Shown: in pieces, positions 11,473 to 22,060 of the stretch
Layout of the letters: every line of letters begins with the position of its first letter
Position numbering within the stretch: the stretch's first letter is position 1
Assembly (NCBI GenBank): GCA_946965045.2
Contig: OX337232.1
Location: 1,860,001-1,924,000, forward strand
Length of the DNA stretch: 64,000 nt
Direction: 5' to 3'
Source: Epithemia pelagica
Lineage: Eukaryota; Protista; Bacillariophyta
The notes under the pieces: model-generated
What the model was told of the DNA's origin: nothing
The model's database searches: none
Seen by the model: the letters and a program-made list of their open reading frames with translations, nothing else
Program-made: the position numbers and the translations under genes

Positions 11473-12273
11473 ATGTCCGGAGCTGAGATTCCTTTTGGAC
11501 CGCCAGTTAATACTCCAGTGACCCGTCTCATCCGTGCACTTGCCCACTTGAAGATTGAGCAGAATCGCGAACTCAACCAACGAGAACGAGGTCACCAAAC
11601 CCGACTTCGTGACATCGATCGTCAATACTGGGCCGACAAGGCTCAGTTGGAGCAGCAGTACCAGCAGCGTCGCGCGGAAGAGTGCCAACAGTACCAACAA
11701 ACAGTACGAGACATTCGCCACAACCAGGAAGTTGCCCAACGCGATCTCTACCGTGAAGCAGAGCAAGCCGAACAAGCACGACGTCAAGCAGAGGTGCAAG
11801 AGAATCTCGAAGTCGAAGAAGAGGAACAGCCCGAAGAACCGCACGTCGTAGTAGTACACCGTGACGAAGTTCAACCAGTCAATCAGGTTCAACAAGACCC
11901 AGAAATCCTAGCAGAGGCTCAGCCAATTGGAGTCGTCGCTGAGGAACAGGAACACGAAGAAGTTCAAGAAGCAATTCCAGACAATTCTCGTGAAAATCCG
12001 AGAGAACAAAACCTTCCTCAAGCCCAACCAGTTGCGCACCGTCTACGAGTAGTACCAGTACGTGAAGTAGCAGCACGACAACTTGCAGTTGGAAGTCGAG
12101 TCGGAATCCGAAACGGGATACGCCTCGCAGACCACATCGGCTCGGTACACAATCAGGAAGGGCGAGTCACGCGAATCACTGAAGTGTACATCCACATAGA
12201 GGTGTGGAATCCAAGAACCAACCACCACGAAGTAATACTAAGACAAGAACAAAACGTCCGTCTCATTGAGTAA
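11473..12273 (+). CDS. Extra retrotransposon ORF upstream of gag-pol (266 aa; coiled-coil, Glu-rich, C-terminal KOW/SH3-like barrel)
   Basis: Open frame inside the element from ATG 11473 to TAA 12271-12273, 8 nt before the gag ATG. C-terminus LAVGSRVGIRNG...EGRVTRITEVYIHIEV. Confidence 0.75.
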   Translation: MSGAEIPFGPPVNTPVTRLIRALAHLKIEQNRELNQRERGHQTRLRDIDRQYWADKAQLEQQYQQRRAEECQQYQQTVRDIRHNQEVAQRDLYREAEQAEQARRQAEVQENLEVEEEEQPEEPHVVVVHRDEVQPVNQVQQDPEILAEAQPIGVVAEEQEHEEVQEAIPDNSRENPREQNLPQAQPVAHRLRVVPVREVAARQLAVGSRVGIRNGIRLADHIGSVHNQEGRVTRITEVYIHIEVWNPRTNHHEVILRQEQNVRLIE

Positions 12274-12281
12274 CCACCAAG

Positions 12282-15200
12282 ATGTCCAGCAATCAAACAG
12301 ATGGCCCAAGGCCTGATCAAGCGACATCATCTTCGAACCAGTCCCAAGGACGTGGTAACCAAGGTCGTGGAGGACGAGGAGGACGCGGACGATCGAACCA
12401 AGGTCGAGGACAGCGCCAAAATCAACCAAAGTTTGAAGGGCAAGAGTCGCTGCTCAAGGAGTGCATATTTGATTATGCCCATGATGCACAATCAAAGAAG
12501 TACCTGAAGAACATCGAGCTACTTGTCGGATACGTGGGGACTAAGTTCCCGAAGTATAACATGATTTTTCAACGTGGAATAGAGAATTTGGAAATTCCTC
12601 CACCGCAAAGGCCAGAAATCCCTGAAGACGAAAGCACCATGACGATGCTAGCCGTCGAGCAGTGGAAAATGGAGTTCAAGCAGATACAAGAGCAAGAAGT
12701 TGCAATTGGCAGTTTCAAATCGTCGCTGTGCAGTCTCTTGCTCGGCCAGTCAACACCCGTACTCAAAGACAAGCTCAAGGCACACGCGTCGTTCGAAAGC
12801 ATTCAAACAAGTCGTGATGGAATCGAACTACTCAAGTTAATCAAGAGTATCACCTTCACCTACGATAGTGATAGAGTCTACACTGGAATGGCCATGGATA
12901 AAGTGAGGGCAGACTTCTACACCATGAAGCGCCATCCTGGCCAGTCAATCCAAGCATTCTATGAAGCCTTCACTGCGAAGGTAAAGATCATGAGGGAGTT
13001 GGGAGTGGTGTTATGCGACCCAACCTACGTGAATGAAATAGCCAAGAAAAATGAGAGAACAACTGCTGAGGATGCCGACAGGGAAGAGGCAGAAGAAAGG
13101 ATGATCGCAAATAGATTCATCAGGGCGTGTGGAGTGAAGGAGTATGAGGCTCATCTCCACAACAGCTTCTTGGATGGGAACACCATACACCCAACAACCT
13201 TGGCAAATGCCCGTGCAATCATTGATGCACGAATGGTTCGCCGTGATAGCCAACAGAACAATAATAACAACAACAATCAGAACCAAGGACAAGGGACAGG
13301 CACTGGTGTAGCTTTTGTGGCTGGGAACTCTAATGCAAGCGAGCATGGGTCATCAGAGAACAGCCAAAATGCATCTAGCTCAGAAGGTTCGCGTTCAAAT
13401 GCAATTTGTACTGACAACCACTACTCTGTCTCACATATATTCGCTGCCTCTACTTTGTCACAGGATAATGTCCCTCCCCATTGGGTCCTATTGGACAGCC
13501 AAGCAACAGTTAGCATTTTCAGTAACAAGAAACTTATTACCAACATCACAAAGGTAGCAACAAGCATGACCATCCGAGGCCTTTGTGGTAAAAGAACAAC
13601 CAACCTACAGGCCCAAGTCAAGAATTATGGTACCGTATGGTACGACCCAGGCGGTTGGGTGAACATTTTATCTATGCATCAAGTGAAAAGAGCACACAGT
13701 ATCCATTTCAATAGCGTGAAAGAAGACGAATTCATTGTCCGGGCAATACTGACAGGGGAAGTCACAGATATATTCCGCCCCAGCCCTGAAGGACTGTACT
13801 ATACTAGCTGGCCAAGTGCCCCATTCACACACGGCTCTGTTTTAGTTAGTACAGTTAAAGACAATAAGACATCATATTCGAAACAAGATATCAAACGGGC
13901 TGAAGCCGTAAGGCAACTGCAAGCCAAGATAGGACGGCCAAACACCCGAGAATTCATCACAATCCTTGATGCAAAGATGATCAACAATTGCCCATATACA
14001 AGCAAGGACATAAAGATTGCTGAAAGTCTGTTTGGGCCCGATATAGGAACGCTAAAAGGAAAGACCGTGCGATCAAAGCCAACCAAAGTGCACACGGAGG
14101 AAATTAAGGAGTGTAGAATCCCTGCCGAATATCAAGATGTCACACTTGGGATGGATGTTATGCATGTGAATGGTGTGGGGTTCCTAGTGACCGTGTCACG
14201 AAACATCAAGTTCGGAACCATTGACGTAATCTCAAGTACACAAGATAGTGAAATCGTCCAGTCAATCAAGAAAGTGGTCAGTACCTACAGAAGAGGGGGC
14301 CTGCGGCCTAAAATTATACTAGCTGATGGTGCCTTCGACACCACAGAGATTAACAACGCCCTTGGACTACTGGGAATAAAATTGAATCCGACGTCACGAG
14401 AAGAACATGTCGGTGACATTGAGCGTTACATCAGAACAATCAAAGAGAGAATGAGATGCGTGTATAACACCCTACCATTTAGCTTTGTCCCGCGGATAAT
14501 GGTGATGGAGCTTGGGAAATTCGCTGTCTACTGGCTGAACTCATTCCCGGCCAAGAATGGAATATCAGACCGATCAAGCCCTCGATTATTGGTAACTGGT
14601 GAGGATATCAACTTTCACAAGCACTGTCAGTACGAGTTCGGGCAGTACGTACAAGTACACGAACCGCATAACAACACCATGCAGCCACGAACAGTCGGAG
14701 CCATTGCACTCCGACCAACAGGAAACAAACAGGGGGGTTACTACTTTATGAGTTTGGTAACCGGGAGAATTCTAAACCGGGCAAAAGCAACGATACTGCC
14801 AATGCCCGAAGGAATAGAGAAAAGAGTAGCGGCATTGACAGCAACACAAGACCAATATCCTGAATTGGCCTTTGGAAATCGTGACAACCGAATCACAATG
14901 GTTAATTTTGAGGATCTTGGCTATAATGAGGACGACGACGAGGATTATGTTGTACATGAGGATTTTGACGAAGTATTAAGATATGATGACGAGTTTATTG
15001 CTGAGGAGCTGGCCGATGTTCAGGATGACGAACCAGTGGGGGAGGACATTGTCGCTGATGATTATGTAAGTGATGGAGATGGAGAGGATGAAGGAGTGTT
15101 GGATGGTCTGGAGGACGAGGAGCCTGAAGAACATGGTTTGAATGATGAGGAAGGTGACAACGTGGTAGACAATGTAGCTAGCGTGGATCATCATGTGGAT

Positions 15201-17383
15201 GATCACTTGGAACCAGCACCGGAACCCAATTCGGGTCCAACTACAGCTCCAAATGCAGAGGCACACCAAATGGAGAATGCCTCGGTACAAAATCAGGAAG
15301 ACACTGAAGAAATTATTGAGCAATTCATGGAGCAAGCTACGGCCGATGATGAGATGGCAAATAACAATAATGAAGCACCTGAAGTGGAGACAGACAGCAA
15401 TGAGCCGGATATGGAGACTGCGAGAAGAGAACCGAGCGAGGGTCCAACTGCAGCTCCCAGTGGAGATGATGCAAACAGGGCGAGTCCACCACAACACCAA
15501 TACAACCTACGAACCAATCGAGAACGGAATTATGCCCATCGTTATCACGGTGATATCTATGTTAGCAGCAGTACTGTTCAGGACCTGTCGACACCACAAA
15601 TGAGCATGAAACAAGGGGTGAGACTGTTCGGAGATGCAGGAGTGGCAGCAGTGAAAACTGAAGTTGTTCAACTTCACGAACGAGAAGTGATAAGAGCAAT
15701 ACAGAAAAGCAGTCTTACACCGGGACAAATAAGAGAAGCGTTAGGATACTTAATGTTCCTTAAACGAAAGAGGAATGGGAAAATAAAAGGAAGAGGATGT
15801 GCAGACGGACGGAAACAAAGAGCATACATTGCCAAGGAAGATGCAACCTCACCAACTGTCAGTACAGATGCTGTATTTATCACAGCAATCATTGACGCCA
15901 TGGAGGGTCGCTGTGTGACTGTTGTAGATATACCAGGTGCATTCATGCAAGTCATGATGGACAAAGGCGTGCACATGAGAATCACGGGACTAATGGCAAC
16001 ACTTTTGATCGAGATCGATTCAAGTTACAAACAGTTTGTTGTGTATGAACATGGCAAACCGGTCATCTATGTTGAATTGCTGCGTGCTCTGTACGGAACT
16101 CTTCGGGCAGCTCGGCTGTTTTGGGAGCGTCTGTCAGCTGAGATCAAGGAGTGGGGATTCATTATCAACCCATATGACAGCTGTGTGGCGAATAAGGTGA
16201 TCAACGGGTCACAATGTACCATAACCTGGCACATTGATGACCTGAAAAAATCACACAAGGAAGACAAAGTGGTTAGTGACATTGTGGATCAAATCAAGCA
16301 TAGCTTCGGTCAGCTGGGAGAAATCTCAGTATCGGAAGGAAAAAGACATGATTACCTGGGCATGTACCTGGATTATACCGAGCCTGGGGTATTGATTGTT
16401 GACATGAGAAGTTACATTCAAAATGCATTGGATGAAATGCCGAAACAGTTCAAAGGGAAAGCAGTGACCCCTGCTGCACAACATTTGTTGCAGTAAACGA
16501 CAATGCTCCAAAGCTCAACAAGGAAAAGAGTGAATACTTCCATAGTCTGGTGATGCAATTGATGTATCTTGCCCACCGTGGTCGCCCCGATATCCGTGTA
16601 GCCATCGGATTCCTGAGCACAAGAGTTGCAGCACCCGACCTTGACGATTGGAGAAAGTTGAGTCGGGTCATGAAGTATTTACAGTCAACCTTTGATTTGT
16701 TGTTGCGTCTCGAGTGTGATGGAAGTGGACGGGTGCAATGGTGGATTGATGCATCGTATGCCGTACACCCCGACATGCGAGGTCACACTGGTGCAGTGAT
16801 GAGTCTAGGCAAAGGTGGTGCCATGAACATGTCGAGTAAACAAAAGCTTGTGTCACGAAGTTCCACGGAAAGTGAACTGATTGGGGTTCATGACGGACTG
16901 CCAAATTTGTTGTGGTGCCGAAATTTTCTGCACCATCAAGGGTATCAACCTAAAGACGTTGTGCTGTACCAAGATAATATGAGCGCATTACAGTTAGAGA
17001 AAAATGGACGCGCATCAAGCAGCAAGAGAACGAAACACATCAACGTACGCTATTTTTACGTGAAAGACCGGATTGCGAAGAAAGAATTGCGTGTGGAACA
17101 TTGCCCAACCGAAGAGATGTTGGCTGACTTCCACACTAAGCCACTGCAAGGTCATCTGTTTTACAAGTTTCGCGACGCTATCCTCCATATTCCAAAAAGT
17201 GATCCACATCATTCTTCGAAAAGGAGTGTGTTGGAGGTAGCTGGAGTCGGATGTGCGACTAAGGACAAAGAACAGGCGAAAATGGATGACGAGAACACGT
17301 GGCAGCTGGTGACGCGAAAGAAAAAGAGTCATAGTAGATCTAGTGGTAACGAGGGCACCAAGTGCTTATTCTATCAACAATAA
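12282..17383 (+). CDS. Gag-Pol polyprotein with a 1-nt frameshift near 16493
   Basis: PR LLDSQAT; IN TLGMDVM/ADGAF/DIERYIR; RT KGRGCADGRKQR, DIPGAF, LYGTLRAA, WHIDDL; RH WIDASYAVH, RSSTESE, QDNMSA, KHINVRY, ADFHTKPL. The RH part is in a different frame; restoring one G (cag gta aac) gives LLQVNDNAPKL. Confidence 0.92.
17218..17228 (+). other. Polypurine tract
   Basis: GAAAAGGAGTG immediately before the 3' LTR. Confidence 0.7.
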
Positions 17384-17440
17384 GAAGTTATCGATCCTTT
17401 TGTTGCTTGTACGGCACTTGGTAGGGATTGTGTTTCAACA
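17229..17440 (+). repeat. 3' LTR (212 bp)
   Basis: Direct repeat of 11215-11426, followed by TSD GTCAT. Confidence 0.97.
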
Positions 17441-18031
17441 GTCATTGCAAAATCAAGGAAGTGGAGATCAGCAACTTTGTCGTTGCCTTGATATACATCC
17501 GTCGGAAGGAATCTTCTGTTGTCTTGATTCAAGAAATTCAAAGTGAAACGAGGAATTTCCATTCTTGCGCTCCTATTGAATACCTTCTCGCTACGACAAC
17601 AGTCACGCTCAATCAGCTTCTCATCGGGTCCATTGCTGAAGTTCGAGGAGGTGCATTTCACCTCCTTTTGTACGGCGATTGGAAAAGACGCCATTTTCTT
17701 ATCCGCAAACGAACAATACTGATTGTGGAAGATACATCAGGTGATAGTCGGACTTTCTCGGGAAGCCCTGTCCGTCAAATTGGCTGAATTTGATCGGTTT
17801 CTGGCGTTGTTGTAGGCTGTAGATTCCCCCTGTTCAAGTCTCTGCGTACAAAACCTCATCCACTTTAGCTCGTTGATTGATTTTGTGCCTTGATCCACTC
17901 TCATCGTATCAGTGAGGGGGAAATTCCATTCAATCACCAAATCCAAATATTCTCGCCATTTTGCGGACACTGCTTGATCAGTTTATGCGTGTAATTCATC
18001 AGGAATTGTTCGCAACTGAAACAGCGTCAAA

Positions 18032-19495
18032 ATGGCAAGTTCAGGGTCTTTGCAGCATACGCTACGAAGTTTGGATGGCTCAGCCCCATCCGTGAAGAAC
18101 GCCGCATCCGCCATGATGAAGCACTACGATCGGACGGCAGCTGTGGCGGTCACCGAATGGAGAAATGTGCTGAGCACAACAACGAGCTCCCAGCACTTGA
18201 TCTCACTCCTCTATGTGGCCAATGAAGTATTACAAATAAGCAAAAGAAATCGAGGAAACAAATTTCTGGAAGCCTTCTCTGGTATTTTGGGCCAGGCATT
18301 AACGCATATTTGCTCTCAGGATCCTTCCTTGACTGAAAAAGTACGTAGAACTGTAAAGATTTGGGGCGAAAGAAGGGTATTCTCGGTCCGATTTGTTCAT
18401 GACCTCATTAGTGGCCTTGAAAGCTTTCGGTCGCAAGCTGGTTCTGCTCCTTCGGCAGCTGCTGGTTCTCGCTCCACTGGAACCACCAACAGCGGCTCGG
18501 CCGACGCCCATCACAACAACCTACCGAGTGCCCGCCCTACATTTCAGAGGGACGATGATGGGGCTACCTTCTCTCCAATAGAATCAAACCCTTCAGAAGC
18601 TGCAAGCACAGCTCCATCGAGTGAAACCAAAACCTCTGACCAAACCAATGACGACGACGATGAAGGAGATATCATGGACATTCTTGAAGCGCAAGAGAAA
18701 GCCAAAGAAGAAGAGGGAGACGACGACGATGATGATCATGACATTTTCAGATCAGACAATCAACTAAACTTGGATCTTGATCTTGACCAAGTTGGTGCAA
18801 AAGAATCTGATCACTCATCGTCAGCTCAAAAGACATCCAAGCGCCGCTCCTCCACTGCCAGCAATGGTTCGACAGGCAAGCGCCGTCGCCGCAACTCTTC
18901 CACAGGAAGAACAACATTGTCCACAAATAGTTTACTGGAGCTTGCATCTAGCGTCGCAAAATTGCAGGATGACTTTGAAGAATCACAACGAACGTTGGAA
19001 AGGATTGATCGAAACCTTGCCAAAACTTCTGCAGAGGAATTAGAGCAAGTCGTGGGCGATGAACTGTTGGTTGAATTCCGGCAGATTGTACGGTATCAGG
19101 AGCAAATCGTTGACGAGAAGAAGCGATTGTATGACATTGCACAGAAACGAAAGGGTTTGGAACAAGAAGCCATCGCCTACCTCCCTTGGCTGGAGAAGGC
19201 ACTCCAACAGGATGCCGAAGATATCAACTTTTGTACACAATTACAGAAAGACCTGGAAGCCTTCTTACCCATTCACAAAGAACTCAAGAAAGCACGTGAT
19301 ATTCGGAGGGCCGAAGAACAAAAACGCATCGAAATGGAAGCCGAAAAAGACCGCATTCGGAAAGAAAAGGAAGAAAATGAACGATTTCGTCAGGAATCTC
19401 TCAAGCGACAAACTGAGCAAAACGACGGTATGGTATGGAACCCAACGACAAGAGAATATCAACAACTGGATACAAATGAATCATGGAGGGACTAG
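18032..19495 (+). CDS. CID-domain protein (RPRD1/Rtt103-like, Pol II CTD-interacting)
   Basis: LLYVANEVLQISK..FLEAF...VRRTVKIWGERRVFS, followed by an acidic linker and coiled coil. Confidence 0.85.
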   Translation: MASSGSLQHTLRSLDGSAPSVKNAASAMMKHYDRTAAVAVTEWRNVLSTTTSSQHLISLLYVANEVLQISKRNRGNKFLEAFSGILGQALTHICSQDPSLTEKVRRTVKIWGERRVFSVRFVHDLISGLESFRSQAGSAPSAAAGSRSTGTTNSGSADAHHNNLPSARPTFQRDDDGATFSPIESNPSEAASTAPSSETKTSDQTNDDDDEGDIMDILEAQEKAKEEEGDDDDDDHDIFRSDNQLNLDLDLDQVGAKESDHSSSAQKTSKRRSSTASNGSTGKRRRRNSSTGRTTLSTNSLLELASSVAKLQDDFEESQRTLERIDRNLAKTSAEELEQVVGDELLVEFRQIVRYQEQIVDEKKRLYDIAQKRKGLEQEAIAYLPWLEKALQQDAEDINFCTQLQKDLEAFLPIHKELKKARDIRRAEEQKRIEMEAEKDRIRKEKEENERFRQESLKRQTEQNDGMVWNPTTREYQQLDTNESWRD

Positions 19496-19562
19496 AACGG
19501 GTATAGGATCAGAGGGAACGATTCTGATGCAGTTGCGTACGCAACATTTGATTTTTATAAAA

Positions 19563-21689
19563 TTATTGTAGCTTTTCTTTGACTCTGAAACTGACACACA
19601 CTCGCAGTTGGCGCATGGCAACGCTTCCTGCATTAGCCACGTGTTGGATCTCAGCCTTTAGACCAAACTCCTCGCACACCCTTTCCAACACTTGACGTGT
19701 TCGAAGGCAAGTTGGAAACTCATGATCCGCGGCAAAGTCGTACCAATGACACTCTCCACCATCAGGTTTCATGACAGGGAGCAATGCTTTCAAGAACGCT
19801 ACCCCGCCATCTCCCGTCCCCAAGTCTCCGTCATGGGATCCCTCTTTTGGCCTTGGTGCAACAATACGGTCATAATGTCGACGGGGAAGGGTTGGAAGGA
19901 TTTCTAGGACATCTCCATGTATGATTTCCAACCGGTCGGCCGCTCCTCCGCACTTGATACCCTTGTTGCGTTCTAACATTCGCTTTGATCGCAAAGCACA
20001 TTGGACCGCAATCTCATTCTGTTCAATGGCCGTTACCGAAAGAGCTTCCGTTCTTCCAGCAATTTGCATTGCGTCCATGCCCACTCCACAGAAAAGCACC
20101 AGGACGTGTTCTCCTCGTGCCACTTGCTGACATAATCGAAGTCTTTCTTGTCCCATTCGTGGAGTGAAAAATGTATGGGTTAAATCTACGACGCATTTGA
20201 TTCCGTACTCGCTATGAGTTGTGATGAGAGGCGATCGATCTGCCCCTGCAATTATCTGGAAGCCCCCTTCACCTGGTGCACGTTCCGGTCCCTGCATGTT
20301 CGACTGGCGGACAACAACTACCCGAATAGCCTTATTCCGTTGCATGATTGCTTCCCCAATCGCACGTTGTTCTTCCTCGTTGGTTGTTGCAATTGCATGT
20401 AACACAGCGATATCTCCAACAATGTCAAAACTGCGAGGTATTCTCCACTCACCAGGCAAGGACGAAGAAACGGATTCATTATCGACGATCTCGGGATCCC
20501 ATTTATTCACATCATCATCGAATTCATCTACTACAGTTGACATGCCTCGGACAGATAGAACAAATCGATCTATCTTCGACCAATTTCTTTCATGTCTCTC
20601 GTTAACCAAGGATGCTAACCACTCTGCGACTTCTGGGTCTTGTTTCCTGTTCCTAGTACCATAAAGCGGCGTTCCGTTCGGCATACAGAGAGGCATTTCT
20701 AATCCTTCATCGCCCCAAATGGCCACGATAAAACGCGATCCATCGTGTTGGTCATTGTCACATGTCCACGTTGTCAGACCAACGTTTTTGAATGCTGGTC
20801 GAGCAGCATCCATTAAAGCTGATGCTGATTTCAACGATCGACAGGCGACGTGCAGAATAAATGGTTCGAAACGCAGCCATACTGATTGGTCCACTTCATC
20901 ATTTACTTTCTTGTCCTCCATGGAAGCTGTCTGGTCTCTTGTACCAGTTTGACTGGGCCATGCCTCACTTTCTTTACTCATACCGATAGGCGACAAATCA
21001 GCCTTCTCCCCGCGATCTGAAGAAGTGGCCATCTGAGATTCTGTTTTCTCATTCTCAAGCAAGTGATCATACTGACCAATAGGACGAATTGGGTCTCCTC
21101 CACCCGATGGGTCCGACTCAAGTGATGAAAGGTCAAAGTATCGATCAGGGTCTCTAATCAAGTCATGGGAAACACGGTATCTCACAAAATGTGGTTGATA
21201 TTGCTGTTGCGGTGTCGTAACTGAAGACCCTAACTCAGTTTCTTTGTTGTCGCTATCCGTTGAGACGACGACACGAGCAAGGTTGTGGGATGATTTGACT
21301 CCTCGTCCCCGATATAGAAAACACCGTCCAGCGCAAGAGCTTGTTGTATAGAAGCAATCAAACTTTTCATTAATCAATCCACAAATCTCTACTGCCTTGG
21401 GGTCAATACGACCAGCCGAAGATTTGTCACGTTTCCCCATGACCTGATTCTTGCTGTTCTGAAAGTTTTTGACATGTCGTCGTCGTCGGTTCTTCCCATG
21501 CTGTTGTTCCAGAAAAGATCTCCCATCAAGGGCAGCTCCTCCGGATTCTCTACTCTCTCCCAGAGAGGTTACTAACGGAGCAACGTGTTCCATTCGGGCG
21601 GTGCTACGGCGCTGTTGCCGATGTTCATTGTTCATCGTCGAACAAACATCGACTGGGGTATAATTTAACCCCAACCCTAACTGTATCAT
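19563..21689 (-). CDS. Fusion of TYW3/Taw3 and a Trm5/TYW2-fold SAM-dependent tRNA modification domain (start uncertain)
   Basis: N-half: IDPKAVEIC..IN..FYTTSSCAGR and LRFEPFILHVACRSL (TYW3). C-half: SFDIVGDIAVL, THSEYG..DL..FFTPRM..ER, VLFCGVG, DRIVAPRPK, HWYDF. Confidence 0.88.
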   Translation of the reverse strand: MIQLGLGLNYTPVDVCSTMNNEHRQQRRSTARMEHVAPLVTSLGESRESGGAALDGRSFLEQQHGKNRRRRHVKNFQNSKNQVMGKRDKSSAGRIDPKAVEICGLINEKFDCFYTTSSCAGRCFLYRGRGVKSSHNLARVVVSTDSDNKETELGSSVTTPQQQYQPHFVRYRVSHDLIRDPDRYFDLSSLESDPSGGGDPIRPIGQYDHLLENEKTESQMATSSDRGEKADLSPIGMSKESEAWPSQTGTRDQTASMEDKKVNDEVDQSVWLRFEPFILHVACRSLKSASALMDAARPAFKNVGLTTWTCDNDQHDGSRFIVAIWGDEGLEMPLCMPNGTPLYGTRNRKQDPEVAEWLASLVNERHERNWSKIDRFVLSVRGMSTVVDEFDDDVNKWDPEIVDNESVSSSLPGEWRIPRSFDIVGDIAVLHAIATTNEEEQRAIGEAIMQRNKAIRVVVVRQSNMQGPERAPGEGGFQIIAGADRSPLITTHSEYGIKCVVDLTHTFFTPRMGQERLRLCQQVARGEHVLVLFCGVGMDAMQIAGRTEALSVTAIEQNEIAVQCALRSKRMLERNKGIKCGGAADRLEIIHGDVLEILPTLPRRHYDRIVAPRPKEGSHDGDLGTGDGGVAFLKALLPVMKPDGGECHWYDFAADHEFPTCLRTRQVLERVCEEFGLKAEIQHVANAGSVAMRQLRVCVSFRVKEKLQ

Positions 21690-22060
21690 AGCCCGGATAG
21701 CTACCTCTCTTAGCTACAGTAGATAGAGGAGTAGTCTCCTCCCTAATCGAGGAGTATGAATCATAGATCATGATGCGGAAAAGAGAAGGGAACGTCCCTC
21801 CTCTCTTTTGCGAATTAGGCGTATTGGATAGAGAAGTAACACCAAACGCGAGAGAAAAGGAAGGAGATGAGCAATCGCTCAGGTCACACCACTCTGTTTT
21901 CAAGAATAGAATGGATTGCCGACATATCTAATCTCCGATTTCGGCCACATTTTGAGCAAAGTAGTCAGTCCAAAAGGTTGTGCGGAATTGAGACTTGATG
22001 ATGAATAACGGATTCAACCTCTCACAGTATTTTCAGTGCCTATGAAAAAAACCCGGGAGC

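Larger units (their letters stand above)
11215..17440 (+). mobile_element. Ty1/copia (CoDi-like) LTR retrotransposon, full length
   Basis: Two 212-bp LTRs (TGTTG...CAACA), 5-bp TSD GTCAT (11210-11214, 17441-17445) and domain order PR-IN-RT-RH. Confidence 0.97.

Noticed and set aside
17441-17970. Minus-strand ORFs that might be a host gene disrupted by the copia insertion
   Set aside because: The reconstructed empty-site ORF is only about 100 aa with no motifs, and the upstream piece has no ATG.
21670-21681. Telomere-like CCCTAA
   Set aside because: Single copy only.
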